This document shows positions 40,101-46,092 of a DNA stretch of 50,901 bases, piece after piece. The stretch spans positions 1 to 50,901 of the forward strand of contig JAZSNQ010000152.1 in assembly GCA_045536515.1 (NCBI GenBank), given 5' to 3'. Position 1 is the stretch's first letter. Each line of letters opens with the position of its first letter. The translations under genes and the position numbers were made by a program. The notes beneath the pieces are model-generated. The model had not been told where the DNA came from. It searched no databases and worked only from the letters and a program-made list of their open reading frames with translations. This DNA is from Acutalibacteraceae bacterium (GTDB lineage: Bacteria > Bacillota > Clostridia > Oscillospirales > Acutalibacteraceae).

Positions 40101-41367
40101 ACTGTTTGAAAAATATTATAACGGTGTAGAGAATGTTCATAATTTCCGTGAAGCAATACTCCGCTACTCTGCATATCTGTACTATAAAGAAGCGATTAAG
40201 CGTAACGGTGGAACTGTTAAAGACTTTGTTGCTTCTAACAGATACATTGTTAAGGGACTGAATACTGTTGAGGACAAAGCATATCAGCTTTCAAAGGATT
40301 TGCTTGGTGCGTATGATGAAGTCGGCAAAATGGGACAAACGCTCCGAAGATATTGGATTCCATTCTACTCCTTTACGGAAACTAACTTAAAGCGTTATTA
40401 CAGATTGTTTGAAAACATCATAGCTTCAGATGATAAAATACCGAAAAAAGCAGGTAAACTTTTACTCAAGGCGTTGATGGTAAATATGCTCGGTCTGCTT
40501 ATGGTTGCTTGGAATAAACTCGTTATGAAAGAGGAAGATGATAAGCTCCCTCCGTCTGTGAGAAATATTCCGCACCTTACATTAGGACAAATCGGTGAAG
40601 ATATTTACGCATTTAGACAGCTTGGCAGTTTTTCAGAATTACTTGAATGGTTTGGACTTGATGATTATAAATGGTCATCAGAGGACATTACCGCTCCGCT
40701 TGATAAAGCGTGGGGAATGATAACGCCTTTCCTGAAAATGCCGATTGAGTTAGCAAGTGGATTAAATTTATATCCATCACTTACACAACCCCGTGCGATT
40801 CGGGATAAATGGCAGCATTTCTTTAATTCTTTTGGCGTGGACGATTTATACAACGAAATCACAGGAAAGCCAACAAAGGGTATGGGTGAAATTCTTAAAG
40901 GCTCTGTTGTTTACAGTTACGATTACAAGGAAAGTGCCTACTATGAAATTCTTGACATCAAGCGTGAATATCAGGGTAAGACAGATAACACCATATATGG
41001 TACAGATGTAAAATCCAACGCTTTGTATTATATGAAAACGGCAGTTAGATACAAAGATAAAGAAGCTGCATTAAAATATCTTGATGAATACTTTGAAAAC
41101 GGCGGTACTGTTAAGGGCATTAAACAGTCATTCGCAACGCTTAATCCTATGTACGGATTCACAAGCAAGGATACAGCGGAAAAGGGTGAAGCCTTTATCG
41201 CATCGCTTACAGAGGATCAGAAAGAAAAATTGAAAATTGCACAGGACTATTACGAAAATGATTTAATGTTACCTGAAAATGTATTGGATAGGCTCGGTAA
41301 AAAAGGTATTACCGATGAAGAAGCTAAAAATGTTTTAAGGGGATACATTAAAGCGAAGTGCAAGTAA
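28162..41367 (+). CDS. Giant polyvalent (DarB-like) protein: membrane-like N-terminus, ADP-ribosyltransferase, N6-methyltransferase, strawberry-notch helicase, zincin peptidase, helical C-terminus
   Basis: ART R-S-E motifs (YR ~31204, TSAS ~31294, ENE 31405); EPSAGIGG ~33376 and NPPF ~33568; GDGTGIGKGR ~34573, DEAH ~34900, GRSHRSNQ ~36076; HELAH 37834. Confidence 0.9.
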   Translation: MANWKESAKKSLENRTANNSTPTVSAPSTPADASKSPTTGVTNPGSWQDSAKSSLESRGYIAPENRLYELKLNNGKNFGIVSYGAYNAVKNNKLDDYTPKNEEERKALDDFKVYAAEVTKEAEAAAKQKRIDSNPVFKRYNIDPANFNQQDFLDWLENNNMQLYDADNSGLHYGSKVKGGFLGFGGKKLATQQQIEDADVLYELQANNYRTELAQSDKGAFWSAVGGLADGLFFGGLTAFGDHMAKSDYEKAGLDPESYVSPTQAWAKTKSENAVAHFAGDLAGSVVTLGPLSKGVSAATKGVGWIANSPQWVQSAINSGITFAVAGGAETAFDGGDLKDVLISTGVNFVGGAVGGSLSSKVGTLGERILFNKGLQHKIIPEMIRNGFSSAAFAGGKVASTYFLYPEEYRPTAEEMAKDIGVAFAFGAISSGINTMKASAQNKKYLDDLYQKMASDYESMAKANINGKSDISGIRKFAKNVVGYSNAMEAYLTGKEFNAAIDGNTYTFTPNKVRLVGQDKYVKSILSELQTIRNNANAVLNGVGTPTTDLATTTPASDSATTPAVVPTLPSGGAPTGDANTPVPPIVSAPPVSSTPIIDTSSPSVPASASGELSEIMGAGEITKFTPESASGEIKRLENILIAKGADDVSRREIVDTALEIEKALAGSDKTIRSVFNNISKITSGAVTEIKNKAGISTAYWKLFGENFKAIPSGSVTDNVKLITEYVNAYTEALKNGNPEKFKAAVVSADGKDLSAELPQTIMRNVIPANAQNAGEYRLVATQTKNIISDVDVQIASERAEIYGAESNTGEKTETREVTNSQADTLAANEQVKASETDSVKDAQTYNVIISNLKRKGEELGVLDRAFFTRLQEVENFYNPTASDRALISSEFQRVFAGNTDPLVANWLDSISVAAQPVTSMNEQNMHVSTENTPENAATVDVDSDEGVADVYKLLDDLGLTYAEKDVILKYKGVDSYFINGLLRSGLPLSKEQTDFVKLVNAALDKFPTYGGVVYRNIGFDSREDFEDFISKHQGVDTIKYEAFTSASKEPDGYPVELPYTVRYIIQGYSCKDVSKIGILEENEVLFKSDTEFRINSFEVNGNEIQIQCEELKTDGAELRTSFGENRNEGKSDVTGEQDSSFRTGDQANQGLGDLREGSGSANELSDTESAGERRNTGENSSSDSVELREDDRYVPGTQGVLQRKALAESESPRDEILSLKRTKNIYSLFKGAARVVVGKDIITDGFVVLPLTNESLANVKKVAGDVVQENPNFEMHKFYHADNDVVIQGNPKVGEATASNNKTIMSYTFKIDDAFYSCKQEFIDAFNNGKNIIKANRAVNIPWTVHSENGDLVALFLGLRAKVTEESYNQMLSVAEIKAAEQQKKADKSKQAFNPSEVKTIVKGSGIPRVFEMDGSKYVTEGHFALRTDDAGIAQLNGTVIPYHSMKDGMQTIPADTVKKLLDSSYSVDVGELAPYTPESEKGAKTPPYYAFVADGIAHQYSKKFVDALKKRSISMKLTSGGTLNTTLLVGYDADGHITGFVLPVDTNGNSFVDKDGNKIPFATNDNLKALVKETVANEIRAGKNTPVVSKKVSSEAPTEVEKNEDVSGSEPDSAVIATKSKGTKTVAKFVASRLAHGKKIPAAELAKVANVAFGGTMADNAYSIKDAYDAMELGVNQHILSTEDMSAEKMLELLELLPTQTKRTEDMIKYQQFSTPPSIAYLANYVANVNANDIMLEPSAGIGGIAVFAKKDGAAVYVNELDERRLSILKNLPFDGFFNENAEQLDNILGGQIEPTVIVMNPPFSSSSERNMQNTKIGAKHIEQALKILAPNGRLVAIVGHGMGDGAPAFRNWWKDIKSQYNVRANIRINGKNYNKYGTNFDIQMLVIDKNGATTYTETGFVDTLQELQEKLGGIRDERPAIDYSANEQRTPATTRTEDVTTGKTTDVGNRTVSDAGSLADKRKSADNANLEKQSERKGIQSTDADSGKPAISTPESTDVMANKDRGMGTGQQSRPVGNQNPVGVSDSDSGQSDIQTRRAEPRKRVKHKELTDSIFEHYQTQPLRLKNTQPHPAKVSESAAMSAIEPPVVTYRPNIPQSIVENGVLSDVQLEAISYAGQSHSQTLPNGNTRGFFLGDGTGIGKGRTIAGMMLDNYNQGRKKSLWVTLNSSLVNDAKRDVKALFGDSDLVTQFVGGNKADSVLNTDEAIMVISYSALSKGFDSGNSNFEKIVKWLGKDFDGLIVFDEAHKMGNATATKGTRGVKKASQTGLAGIALQEALPKAKIVYSSATGATEVENLRYAERLGLWGDGTAFVTGDDFVSKIKAGGLAAMELIARDMKAMGVYLSRNISYEDVRYDKITHKLTGQQKKIYDELARSWQIVLNNINKALDTTNQSKDGTARGRALGAFWSSQQRFFNQILTSMQVPSVIADIEKQLADGKSCVIQLVSTNEAAQNEEFARLKAEDLELDEFDLTPKQMLMSYIENSFPVQQFEEYRDDEGNVRSKPVYDSKGNPVMNREAVRQREDLLAKLGSIKVPSSPIDMIINHFGTDMVAENTGRARRVVQKDGKFIEEKIGSKKDADVDAFQNGNKRIIIFSKAGGTGKSYHADRAAKNQQQRVHYLLEAGWQADNAVQGFGRSHRSNQASAPIFKLVTTDLKGQMRFISTIAKRLDQLGAMTKGQRQAGGQGMFSANDNLENSFAADVLAVFYKDLIANRVDGISDGLAIVEKLGLREKILDDYNRIIVTAPELREVNKFLNRILSLESSEQNTVFDGYSERLQDATEKAMQAGTLDKGLENYKADKITLNEVQDIREDERSGAKTKYYNLTAEHKIKPVRFEDVATDSKSFVGFYQNKTTGAVRAVMQTSSTTDQYGNVTNNYKLVGQVKNDYVAQNRFYGNWTKLEPAEAAKLWNEELSRLPEFRKESLHLISGVVLPVWDKLPTENVRIYRVLTSDGEMLIGRVVSEDMIDGTLKRLGSSRAKEKIATTDLVTGIKNGDVVHLENDWRIVQRKVSGENRIELVGPSYEHYDLLTKKGVFTERIQYNTRYFIPADTNTVKIIDDILKLSPVMRVENARYSIIESEDFAYEQTGNDLLPRNGRWGLDESAGKQAEGIFGNAESSKALSTEERNAYAAQLRKDGKVESKRIWTIEADFIKEDAYNEEMKEIIEMNKNFGMKITGFFLDAGRLAFSPNTKVGGVIFNGDEIYICYNHPEKSPWAIDRHELAHRLYKSSEMQKVKQRILGTIPEDVKRKILSHPRYKKYVALLKDDDKVMEEVICDVMAGMSYYDFDYDYTDLVKAYWNKDTAFIDSYKAADYIKTADTGTNDAFLSEVGFGNDELLLASDDAPTAQYFVYDTDAEELTPERRKEIFEQFDKDHAGVDKPTQKQLWGERAAWVAHNMTRVFPNIPERGEKGTFFAAFRKSMIQWKNLPTTASFMVQDKLNKMTEGLTPEEFKTFSELVYFLDLQEEAQIQKERGYTEILLPNEITPSEVDAIVKVLNEEATENVQQALIKRQNIWDALKSQYIELNRYIGFDTDGKFKRKNYYHHQVIEYMNNGGKGTGSREIGIKAGRGWLKERQGSTKAINTDFLAVEYKAMLQMQYDVYIAETLGKIKQQYDIKPQLENEAFKNNKEAINAIIRKEATGKDGNIILDSKGKPDSETYRQQQWYNSRIMFGFNGLFDLADRNELPTYDGEYIRVVEALKRHDLNVPGLYKYVGIVASTNLPDNATDAQEQAVLNARTVLKYTSQKREWIKNVLADDYQTWETLAKSMSDTHTIHQPRRGNYFYTKTVIDEDAFNKAHNDMVLALASGEIDLGNVDITKLFTQYADTVRLTGAAYEQWVLPNEIVTTMDEIANPKAVNVGSKIARSMVSAWKGWATSINPLRTIKFGLRNLFGDLDAVIAGNPKVTMYSKKAVQDIYQAMRYKKYSPEYMEWIERGGYTSMIFANEMDSEMQDKLFSHLKDKQGVSIFKIPVKLFEKYYNGVENVHNFREAILRYSAYLYYKEAIKRNGGTVKDFVASNRYIVKGLNTVEDKAYQLSKDLLGAYDEVGKMGQTLRRYWIPFYSFTETNLKRYYRLFENIIASDDKIPKKAGKLLLKALMVNMLGLLMVAWNKLVMKEEDDKLPPSVRNIPHLTLGQIGEDIYAFRQLGSFSELLEWFGLDDYKWSSEDITAPLDKAWGMITPFLKMPIELASGLNLYPSLTQPRAIRDKWQHFFNSFGVDDLYNEITGKPTKGMGEILKGSVVYSYDYKESAYYEILDIKREYQGKTDNTIYGTDVKSNALYYMKTAVRYKDKEAALKYLDEYFENGGTVKGIKQSFATLNPMYGFTSKDTAEKGEAFIASLTEDQKEKLKIAQDYYENDLMLPENVLDRLGKKGITDEEAKNVLRGYIKAKCK
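31505..31783 (+). CDS. Nested +1-frame gene A (92 aa), candidate ART immunity protein
   Basis: GAGGAG 31489-31494, ATG 10 nt later; helical product; host frame here is linker-like. Confidence 0.6.
   Translation: MAQSYAHLLAKTETKEKVMSLVSKIPLSEQAIKLIKDWVIFEKEAEALMSYLTQNPQVSEETLVKTVLQIAWNYAKTIGMSPAHRECYSVKR
33917..34306 (+). CDS. Nested +1-frame gene B (129 aa)
   Basis: AGGAGGT 33903-33909, ATG 7 nt later; spans methyltransferase-helicase linker. Confidence 0.68.
   Translation: MKDLLLTIRQMNKEPLQLHAQRMLQQEKQPMSETELYLMQVALQIRENPQTMQTLKNSLSEKVFNQLMQTVENLQSLRPKAQMLWLTRTEEWEQGSKADLLETKTLLELVTAIADNLIYRQDELNLERE
37427..37594 (+). CDS. Nested +1-frame gene C (55 aa)
   Basis: GTGAGGA 37412-37418, ATG 8 nt later; MSKQETIYYLETEDGGLMRVPESKLKEF. 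Confidence 0.58.
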   Translation: MSKQETIYYLETEDGGLMRVPESKLKEFSEMQKAQKLSAQKKETPTQHSSAKTEK

Positions 41368-41372
41368 GAATT

Positions 41373-41407
41373 AAAGCTCCGGAGCGTTCAAATGCTTCGG
41401 AGCTTTT
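41373..41407 (+). terminator. Intrinsic terminator of late operon
   Basis: AAAGCTCCGGAGC..GCTTCGGAGCTTTT. Confidence 0.8.
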
Positions 41408-41410
41408 CTG

Positions 41411-41656
41411 CGTAACAGTTAAATGTAACATTATAAAAACGGTGTCAAATTGTTACTGTAACAAAAATACAAATGTTACGCTGTGCGTTACACACTTTGT
41501 TACATACTTTGTTCGCATAAAATAAAGGTTTACAACAATTTTGTAACATTGTAACATTCTTTTTCTATTAACTTCAAATTAGGGAGTTTAGAGAGAAATA
41601 TTACGCCCTGCACGCCCCCATACACACATATAGGGTTTTATGTTACTTTGTTACAA
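41411..41656. repeat. Diverged direct copy of the 7011-7256 iteron region
   Basis: Shared blocks such as TGTAACATTATAAAAACGRTGTCAAATTGTTACTGTAACAAAAATACAA and TTTTGTAACATTGTAACATT. Confidence 0.88.
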
Positions 41657-41661
41657 AAGCG

Positions 41662-41697
41662 AAACTCCGCAGCAGGTTTTACCTACTACGGAGCTTT
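41662..41697 (-). terminator. Hairpin downstream of tRNA
   Basis: CTCCGCAGCAGGT-tt-ACCTACTACGGAG; stem closes with G-U pairs on the minus strand. Confidence 0.6.
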
Positions 41698-41737
41698 ACT
41701 ATTACCGCAAACATAAAAAGTTCGGATAATATTGTTA

Positions 41738-41814
41738 TGGTGGGCCTTCGGGGACTCGAACCCAGGACCATCCGGTTATGAGCCGGGAGCTCTAGCCAAC
41801 TGAGCTAAAGGCCC
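41738..41814 (-). tRNA. tRNA-Ile2 (CAT anticodon); probable integration site of prophage 1
   Basis: GGGCCTTTAGCTCAGTTGG...CTCATAA...GTTCGAGTCCC..GGCCCACCA, 77 nt; acceptor stem resembles Firmicute Ile2 rather than Met. Confidence 0.9.
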
Positions 41815-41831
41815 AAATATCAAGCTTGTAT

Positions 41832-41860
41832 ATTATACAAAAATTTTGCCTTATTGTCAA
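41832..41860 (-). promoter_or_regulatory. tRNA promoter
   Basis: TTGACA-17-TATAAT. Confidence 0.8.
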
Positions 41861-41872
41861 TAGTTTTTTGCA

Positions 41873-42409
41873 TTAATTTCGGTCAGTGAAAATCGATGTG
41901 AGGAACTCGTTGTATATCTTTTCGGCGTGTTTGTAGAATGAGGCTGTGATTTTTTTTGCATCCTCACGGTTTGACGCTGTCATTGAAAAAGAGAAGATTT
42001 CGCCCGACTCATCAGCGAGTGAAGCGATTGCACGAAAGCCGTCCTTTTCCTCAACAACCTTTACGTTTACGAGATTTTTCCTGATAATTTCATCCTTGAC
42101 CTTGTCGGTTTCCTTTTCCGCCTTGCGAAGGATATAGCTTGGGACGGAAGAACGTATTGCGTTAAGGTCGCGAACACCCTTGGCGGTAATCAAATATCTG
42201 TCAACACCCGTATCAGAGCAGATTTCCACATGACCGGTTTTCAGCATACCGTTGAGATGCTCTGCAAAATCAAAGTAGTTTATGGCACCGTCAACAAAAA
42301 CCATGCTCATAAGCTCTTCAAAGGTTACGGAAATCTTGATGTAATCGAGAACATGGAGTGTTAATGTTTTAATTTCAAGTTCTGTTCTGACAAAACCGTA
42401 TCCCGGCAT
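41873..42409 (-). CDS. DUF4364-like winged-helix protein
   Basis: INYFDF..L..M...G, YLITAKG; GAGGT RBS. Confidence 0.7.
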   Translation of the reverse strand: MPGYGFVRTELEIKTLTLHVLDYIKISVTFEELMSMVFVDGAINYFDFAEHLNGMLKTGHVEICSDTGVDRYLITAKGVRDLNAIRSSVPSYILRKAEKETDKVKDEIIRKNLVNVKVVEEKDGFRAIASLADESGEIFSFSMTASNREDAKKITASFYKHAEKIYNEFLTSIFTDRN

Positions 42410-42574
42410 AACTATACCTCGCTGTAAAAATGTAGTTTGAAAATTTACTATAGCATTATATCACAGTTTTGATTTTTTAACAAGGTAAAATAAGTAATAA
42501 ATTGTTTACTGGACTTATGTGAAAAAATAGTGTAAAATATTATCAGTGAAAATTGAGAACAAGGAGAAAAAACG

Positions 42575-43900
42575 ATGAACAAAAAATGCTTATTTGCCGG
42601 GGTGCTTTGTGTACTTATGATATTTGCGATATTTATGCTTGCCACCTTCGGAAACAAGAATACTTCTTCCCAAGAGGAAGTAGCTGCGGGTGATAAAATG
42701 CTTTCAGAAGAAGAGAAAAGGGCACTCACAGCGGAAACTCAAGAATATATAGAGGCTCTTGAAAAAGACGCCACAGATACAGAGGCATCAAAGGAGCTTA
42801 GCCGTATATATGCAAAGTATGGTTTGTATTTCGATGCGGCAAATACAATAAAGAATGCAATTCTGTATGCACCGGCAGACACAGAGCTTTATGACGAGCT
42901 TTTGTGGATTTACAGGCAGAGTGGAAACACGCTCGAAGCCCTGTCCTACATAGACACCATATCAGACGAGAAAATCCGCCGTGAGTGCATAGATAAAGCA
43001 TACGACAGAAATGCTCCCAATTCGCTCAGGATGGGAAATACTATGGGTAACTTCACGACAGGCGGTATGATAGCAGTTGACGGTGACGTGATATATTACT
43101 GTGATGCAGCAAACGGCGATGCTCTTTCATGCCTCCGTGACGGAAAAACAGAAGTTCTTGTCCAAAGCGGTGCGTCATATCTCAATATTGTGGACGAATA
43201 TATATACTTTGTAGGAAGAACGGATTACAGGATATATAAGATGAATAAGGACGGCTCAGGGCTTTCGATGGTCAGTGATACTGCAGCCTCAAATCTCATC
43301 ATAATCGGAAATAATATGTATTTTATCAACTGGGATGATGAGTGCAAGGTATACAGCATGAATATAGATGGTTCGAACAAACAGAAGATAACTGATATTT
43401 CCTCGGATTTTCTTTATGCATACGGAACGCATATCTATATAAACGACCGTGACAGTATGCGTGATCTCTATTGCGTTTCTCTTATAGACGGAAGCGGACA
43501 ATTGATCTCTATGAACGAAACATACTTTGTTACGGGTTATGATAATAACATCTATTTCCGCCTGCAAATAATGCAACAGAATGATGCCTTGTATAGTCAG
43601 GAGAATGGTGCAAACCTTTCAGTGTGGCGTATGACCACTGACGGAAGTGTGTACGAGAAGATAAACAACTCTCGCTCAGGTTACATCAATGCAGACAAAG
43701 GAGAGGTGTTCTTCACAGACTTTGAAGAGGAAGCCCTCTATAAAGTGCAGGCAGACGGCACAGGACTTACAAAACTCTGCGATGATGACCCGATAAACAT
43801 AGCGATAAACGGAGACTGTGTATACTACTTCAGCGATAATAACGGCAAAAAGCTTTATAGAATAAGGAAGGACGGAACGGGCAGGGAGTGCCTTAACTGA
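42575..43900 (+). CDS. Membrane-anchored TPR plus DUF5050-like beta-propeller protein
   Basis: N-terminal TM, TPR-like helices, repeated IYKMNKDGS-type blades. Confidence 0.8.
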   Translation: MNKKCLFAGVLCVLMIFAIFMLATFGNKNTSSQEEVAAGDKMLSEEEKRALTAETQEYIEALEKDATDTEASKELSRIYAKYGLYFDAANTIKNAILYAPADTELYDELLWIYRQSGNTLEALSYIDTISDEKIRRECIDKAYDRNAPNSLRMGNTMGNFTTGGMIAVDGDVIYYCDAANGDALSCLRDGKTEVLVQSGASYLNIVDEYIYFVGRTDYRIYKMNKDGSGLSMVSDTAASNLIIIGNNMYFINWDDECKVYSMNIDGSNKQKITDISSDFLYAYGTHIYINDRDSMRDLYCVSLIDGSGQLISMNETYFVTGYDNNIYFRLQIMQQNDALYSQENGANLSVWRMTTDGSVYEKINNSRSGYINADKGEVFFTDFEEEALYKVQADGTGLTKLCDDDPINIAINGDCVYYFSDNNGKKLYRIRKDGTGRECLN

Positions 43901-43902
43901 TT

Positions 43903-44247
43903 ATGATTAAACGTAATTCGTCGCAGAGAAAAGAAATAAAAGAGAACCTTCGCGGTGGCGTTGGCGCGCTTGATTTCAAGCACATCTTTGAAAAGAGCGA
44001 GCTTTCGGATAAGGCAAATATGTTTGCGGAGGTAATTCTCCTTCCCGGACAGTCCATAGGCGAGCATCCTCACGGCACAGAGGGTGAGCTTTATATTGTA
44101 AAAGAAGGCATCGCAACGGTCACCGATTGCGGAGAGGTTTATGAGTTGTATGCAGGTGATGCTATGTGGACAACGGCAGGAGAAACTCATTCTATAGAAA
44201 ACAAGACCGACGACCTTCTTGTCATATATGCGATAATTCTTCCGTGA
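43903..44247 (+). CDS. Cupin domain protein
   Basis: PGQSIGEHPH..E.ELY....G, GETHSIEN. Confidence 0.88.
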   Translation: MIKRNSSQRKEIKENLRGGVGALDFKHIFEKSELSDKANMFAEVILLPGQSIGEHPHGTEGELYIVKEGIATVTDCGEVYELYAGDAMWTTAGETHSIENKTDDLLVIYAIILP

Positions 44248-44290
44248 TGTATTGACACGGCAGAGCATATAGTGTATTATAATACTGCAA

Positions 44291-44410
44291 ATATTCTTTG
44301 GGGCGAGGTGAAATTCCTCACCGGCAGTTATAGTCTGCGAAGGAAAGTGCAAGCTTTCCCTGAATCGGTGTAATTCCGATACCGACGGTATAGTCCGGAT
44401 GAAAAAAGAA
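44291..44410 (+). ncRNA. FMN riboswitch
   Basis: GGGGCGAGGTGAAATTCCTCACCGGCAGT...GGTGTAATTCCGATACCGACGGTATAGTCCGGATGAAA; TTGACA at 44252. Confidence 0.92.
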
Positions 44411-44446
44411 ATGTAGCATACTGTATTTTGCAGAATATGTTATCTT

Positions 44447-44474
44447 ACCGCCCTGATTTTCAGGGCGGTTTTTT
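44447..44474 (+). terminator. Riboswitch terminator
   Basis: ACCGCCCTGA-tt-TCAGGGCGGT followed by T run. Confidence 0.85.
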
Positions 44475-44514
44475 CATTGAAGAGTATTGCAAATATTTTT
44501 TTGAGGTGGTAAAT

Positions 44515-45069
44515 ATGCCCGATTTAAAAAAAATCCATTCCGACCTTTCAACCAGAAACCTTGTAGTTCTCGCAATGCTCGTGTCACTCAGCTATGTCGT
44601 GAGCCTCTTTGAATTTCCCATATTTCCTGCAACTCCGTATTTAAAGCTTGATTTCGGGAACGTGTTGCTTCTTCTTTCGGGCTTCATTTTCGGACCGGTT
44701 GCGGGCGTGCTTGCCTGTATCGCGAAAGAGCTTTTAAGCCTTATAGGTACATCCAGCGGCGGTGCGGGTCAGGTCGCAAATATGATTATGTCCATAGCCT
44801 ATATAATAGTTCCGAGCATTGTATATTGCTACAAAAAAGGGCTTAAGACAGTCATCATAACGCTTTGTATCGCGTGCCTTCTCGGCACCGTAACAGCCCT
44901 TCTTGCAAACCGATTTATTGTCTTCCCACTGTATATGAAGGATGCGGCACCTGCAGTGTTCCGTGATGCGTTCTGGTATGTTTTGGCTTTCAACCTCATC
45001 AAAACCCTTTCCGTAAGCATTATAACAATCCCGCTTTATAAAAAACTCAAATTTATAAAGCAGATATAG
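44515..45069 (+). CDS. ribU: ECF transporter S component (riboflavin)
   Basis: EFPIFPATPYLKLDF, GP..G, FNLIK; under FMN riboswitch; GAGGTG RBS. Confidence 0.85.
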   Translation: MPDLKKIHSDLSTRNLVVLAMLVSLSYVVSLFEFPIFPATPYLKLDFGNVLLLLSGFIFGPVAGVLACIAKELLSLIGTSSGGAGQVANMIMSIAYIIVPSIVYCYKKGLKTVIITLCIACLLGTVTALLANRFIVFPLYMKDAAPAVFRDAFWYVLAFNLIKTLSVSIITIPLYKKLKFIKQI

Positions 45070-45192
45070 AGTAAAGATTAAACGAATAAGAGGCGATGCA
45101 TATAATTTAATGCATTTGCCTCTTTCTTTTTTTAAATAAAAATGCTATAATATGCCTCGTGATATATTTTTATACTATAATGAGGTGTTAAA

Positions 45193-45936
45193 ATGTTAAA
45201 AGGTAAAATCGCCGTCGTCACGGGCGGCACTCGTGGTATCGGTTATGCAATAGTAAAAAAGTTTCTTGAAAACGGCGCAACAGTAGTTCTCTTCGGCTCA
45301 AGAGAGGAGACTGTAGATAAAGCACTTTCTTCGCTTCGCGCTGAAAATGCGGAGTGGAACGTAAGCGGAGACTTCCCCAATCTCTCCGACCCTGCTTCCG
45401 TTGCGTCGGCAATAGAAAAGGTGCATGAGGAGTTTGGCAGAATAGATATTCTCGTAAATAACGCAGGAATTTCCGACAGCACACCGATTGACAACTACAC
45501 AGCCGCACAGTTTAATAAGGTTATGGACCTTAACGTAAACGCGATTATGAATACTGTGATGCCCACAGTAAAGATAATGAAAGAGCAGGGAAGCGGCAAC
45601 ATCATAAACACAAGCTCAATGGTAAGTATTTGTGGACAGAGAAGCGGTGTTGCATATCCCACAAGTAAGTATGCGGTAAACGGTATGACATGGTCGCTTG
45701 CCCGCGAGCTTGCCCCCTTTAATATCCGCGTGAATGCAGTCGCCCCCGGCATCACAAAAACGGATATGGTAGCGGCGCTTCCTGATGAGATGATAAACCC
45801 CCTTATAAATTCCATACCCCTTCGCCGTATCGGCACACCTGAGGAAATGGCAAACGCATTTCTGTTCCTTGCAAGCGAGATGTCAAGCTACGTAACGGGT
45901 GAAATCCTGTCAGTCGACGGTGCAATGAGAACATAA
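45193..45936 (+). CDS. SDR oxidoreductase, 3alpha-hydroxysteroid dehydrogenase-like
   Basis: TGGTRGIG, NNAG, YPTSK; FGSREETV and SGVAYPTSK resemble gut bile-acid 3alpha-HSDHs as recalled. Confidence 0.75.
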   Translation: MLKGKIAVVTGGTRGIGYAIVKKFLENGATVVLFGSREETVDKALSSLRAENAEWNVSGDFPNLSDPASVASAIEKVHEEFGRIDILVNNAGISDSTPIDNYTAAQFNKVMDLNVNAIMNTVMPTVKIMKEQGSGNIINTSSMVSICGQRSGVAYPTSKYAVNGMTWSLARELAPFNIRVNAVAPGITKTDMVAALPDEMINPLINSIPLRRIGTPEEMANAFLFLASEMSSYVTGEILSVDGAMRT

Positions 45937-45952
45937 TCTGATAAAAACAACA

Positions 45953-45986
45953 AAAAGCCTTGAAAACATAACGTTTTCAAGGCTTT

Positions 45987-45987
<1 letters not shown>
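45953..45987. terminator. Bidirectional terminator (SDR / displaced tRNA terminator)
   Basis: AAAAGCCTTGAAAAC-ataac-GTTTTCAAGGCTTTT. Confidence 0.85.
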
Positions 45988-46035
<48 letters not shown>

Positions 46036-46070
46036 TTGGAAAGTGTTTGTTTTCAATGGGTTTGGGGGTT

Positions 46071-46092
46071 TTGACTACTTTTGGACTACTTT
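46071..46092. repeat. Putative integrase arm sites
   Basis: Tandem GACTACTTT twice between att core and integrase stop. Confidence 0.55.

Larger units (their letters stand above)
1..41740. mobile_element. Prophage 1 (podovirus-like, left end outside window), ending at tRNA-Ile2 3' end
   Basis: Contiguous replication, packaging, head, short-tail and lysis genes; no tape-measure or sheath gene; host-type genes begin after the tRNA. Confidence 0.9.

Noticed and set aside
30086-41011. Other +1-frame ORFs inside the giant gene (30086, 34892, 35918, 37157, 38885, 40793)
   Set aside because: They overlap folded-looking domains, have shadow-frame composition and lack convincing RBS; 30086 has only a weak AAGGTG before an internal ATG.
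41738-41814. tRNA-Met call
   Set aside because: Paired G1-C72 and no GGG/CCC anticodon stem exclude initiator; sequence resembles Ile2. Elongator Met is not fully excluded without a covariance model.
44428-44514. N-terminal extension of the ECF S component
   Set aside because: Overlaps the riboswitch terminator; RBS supports ATG 44515.
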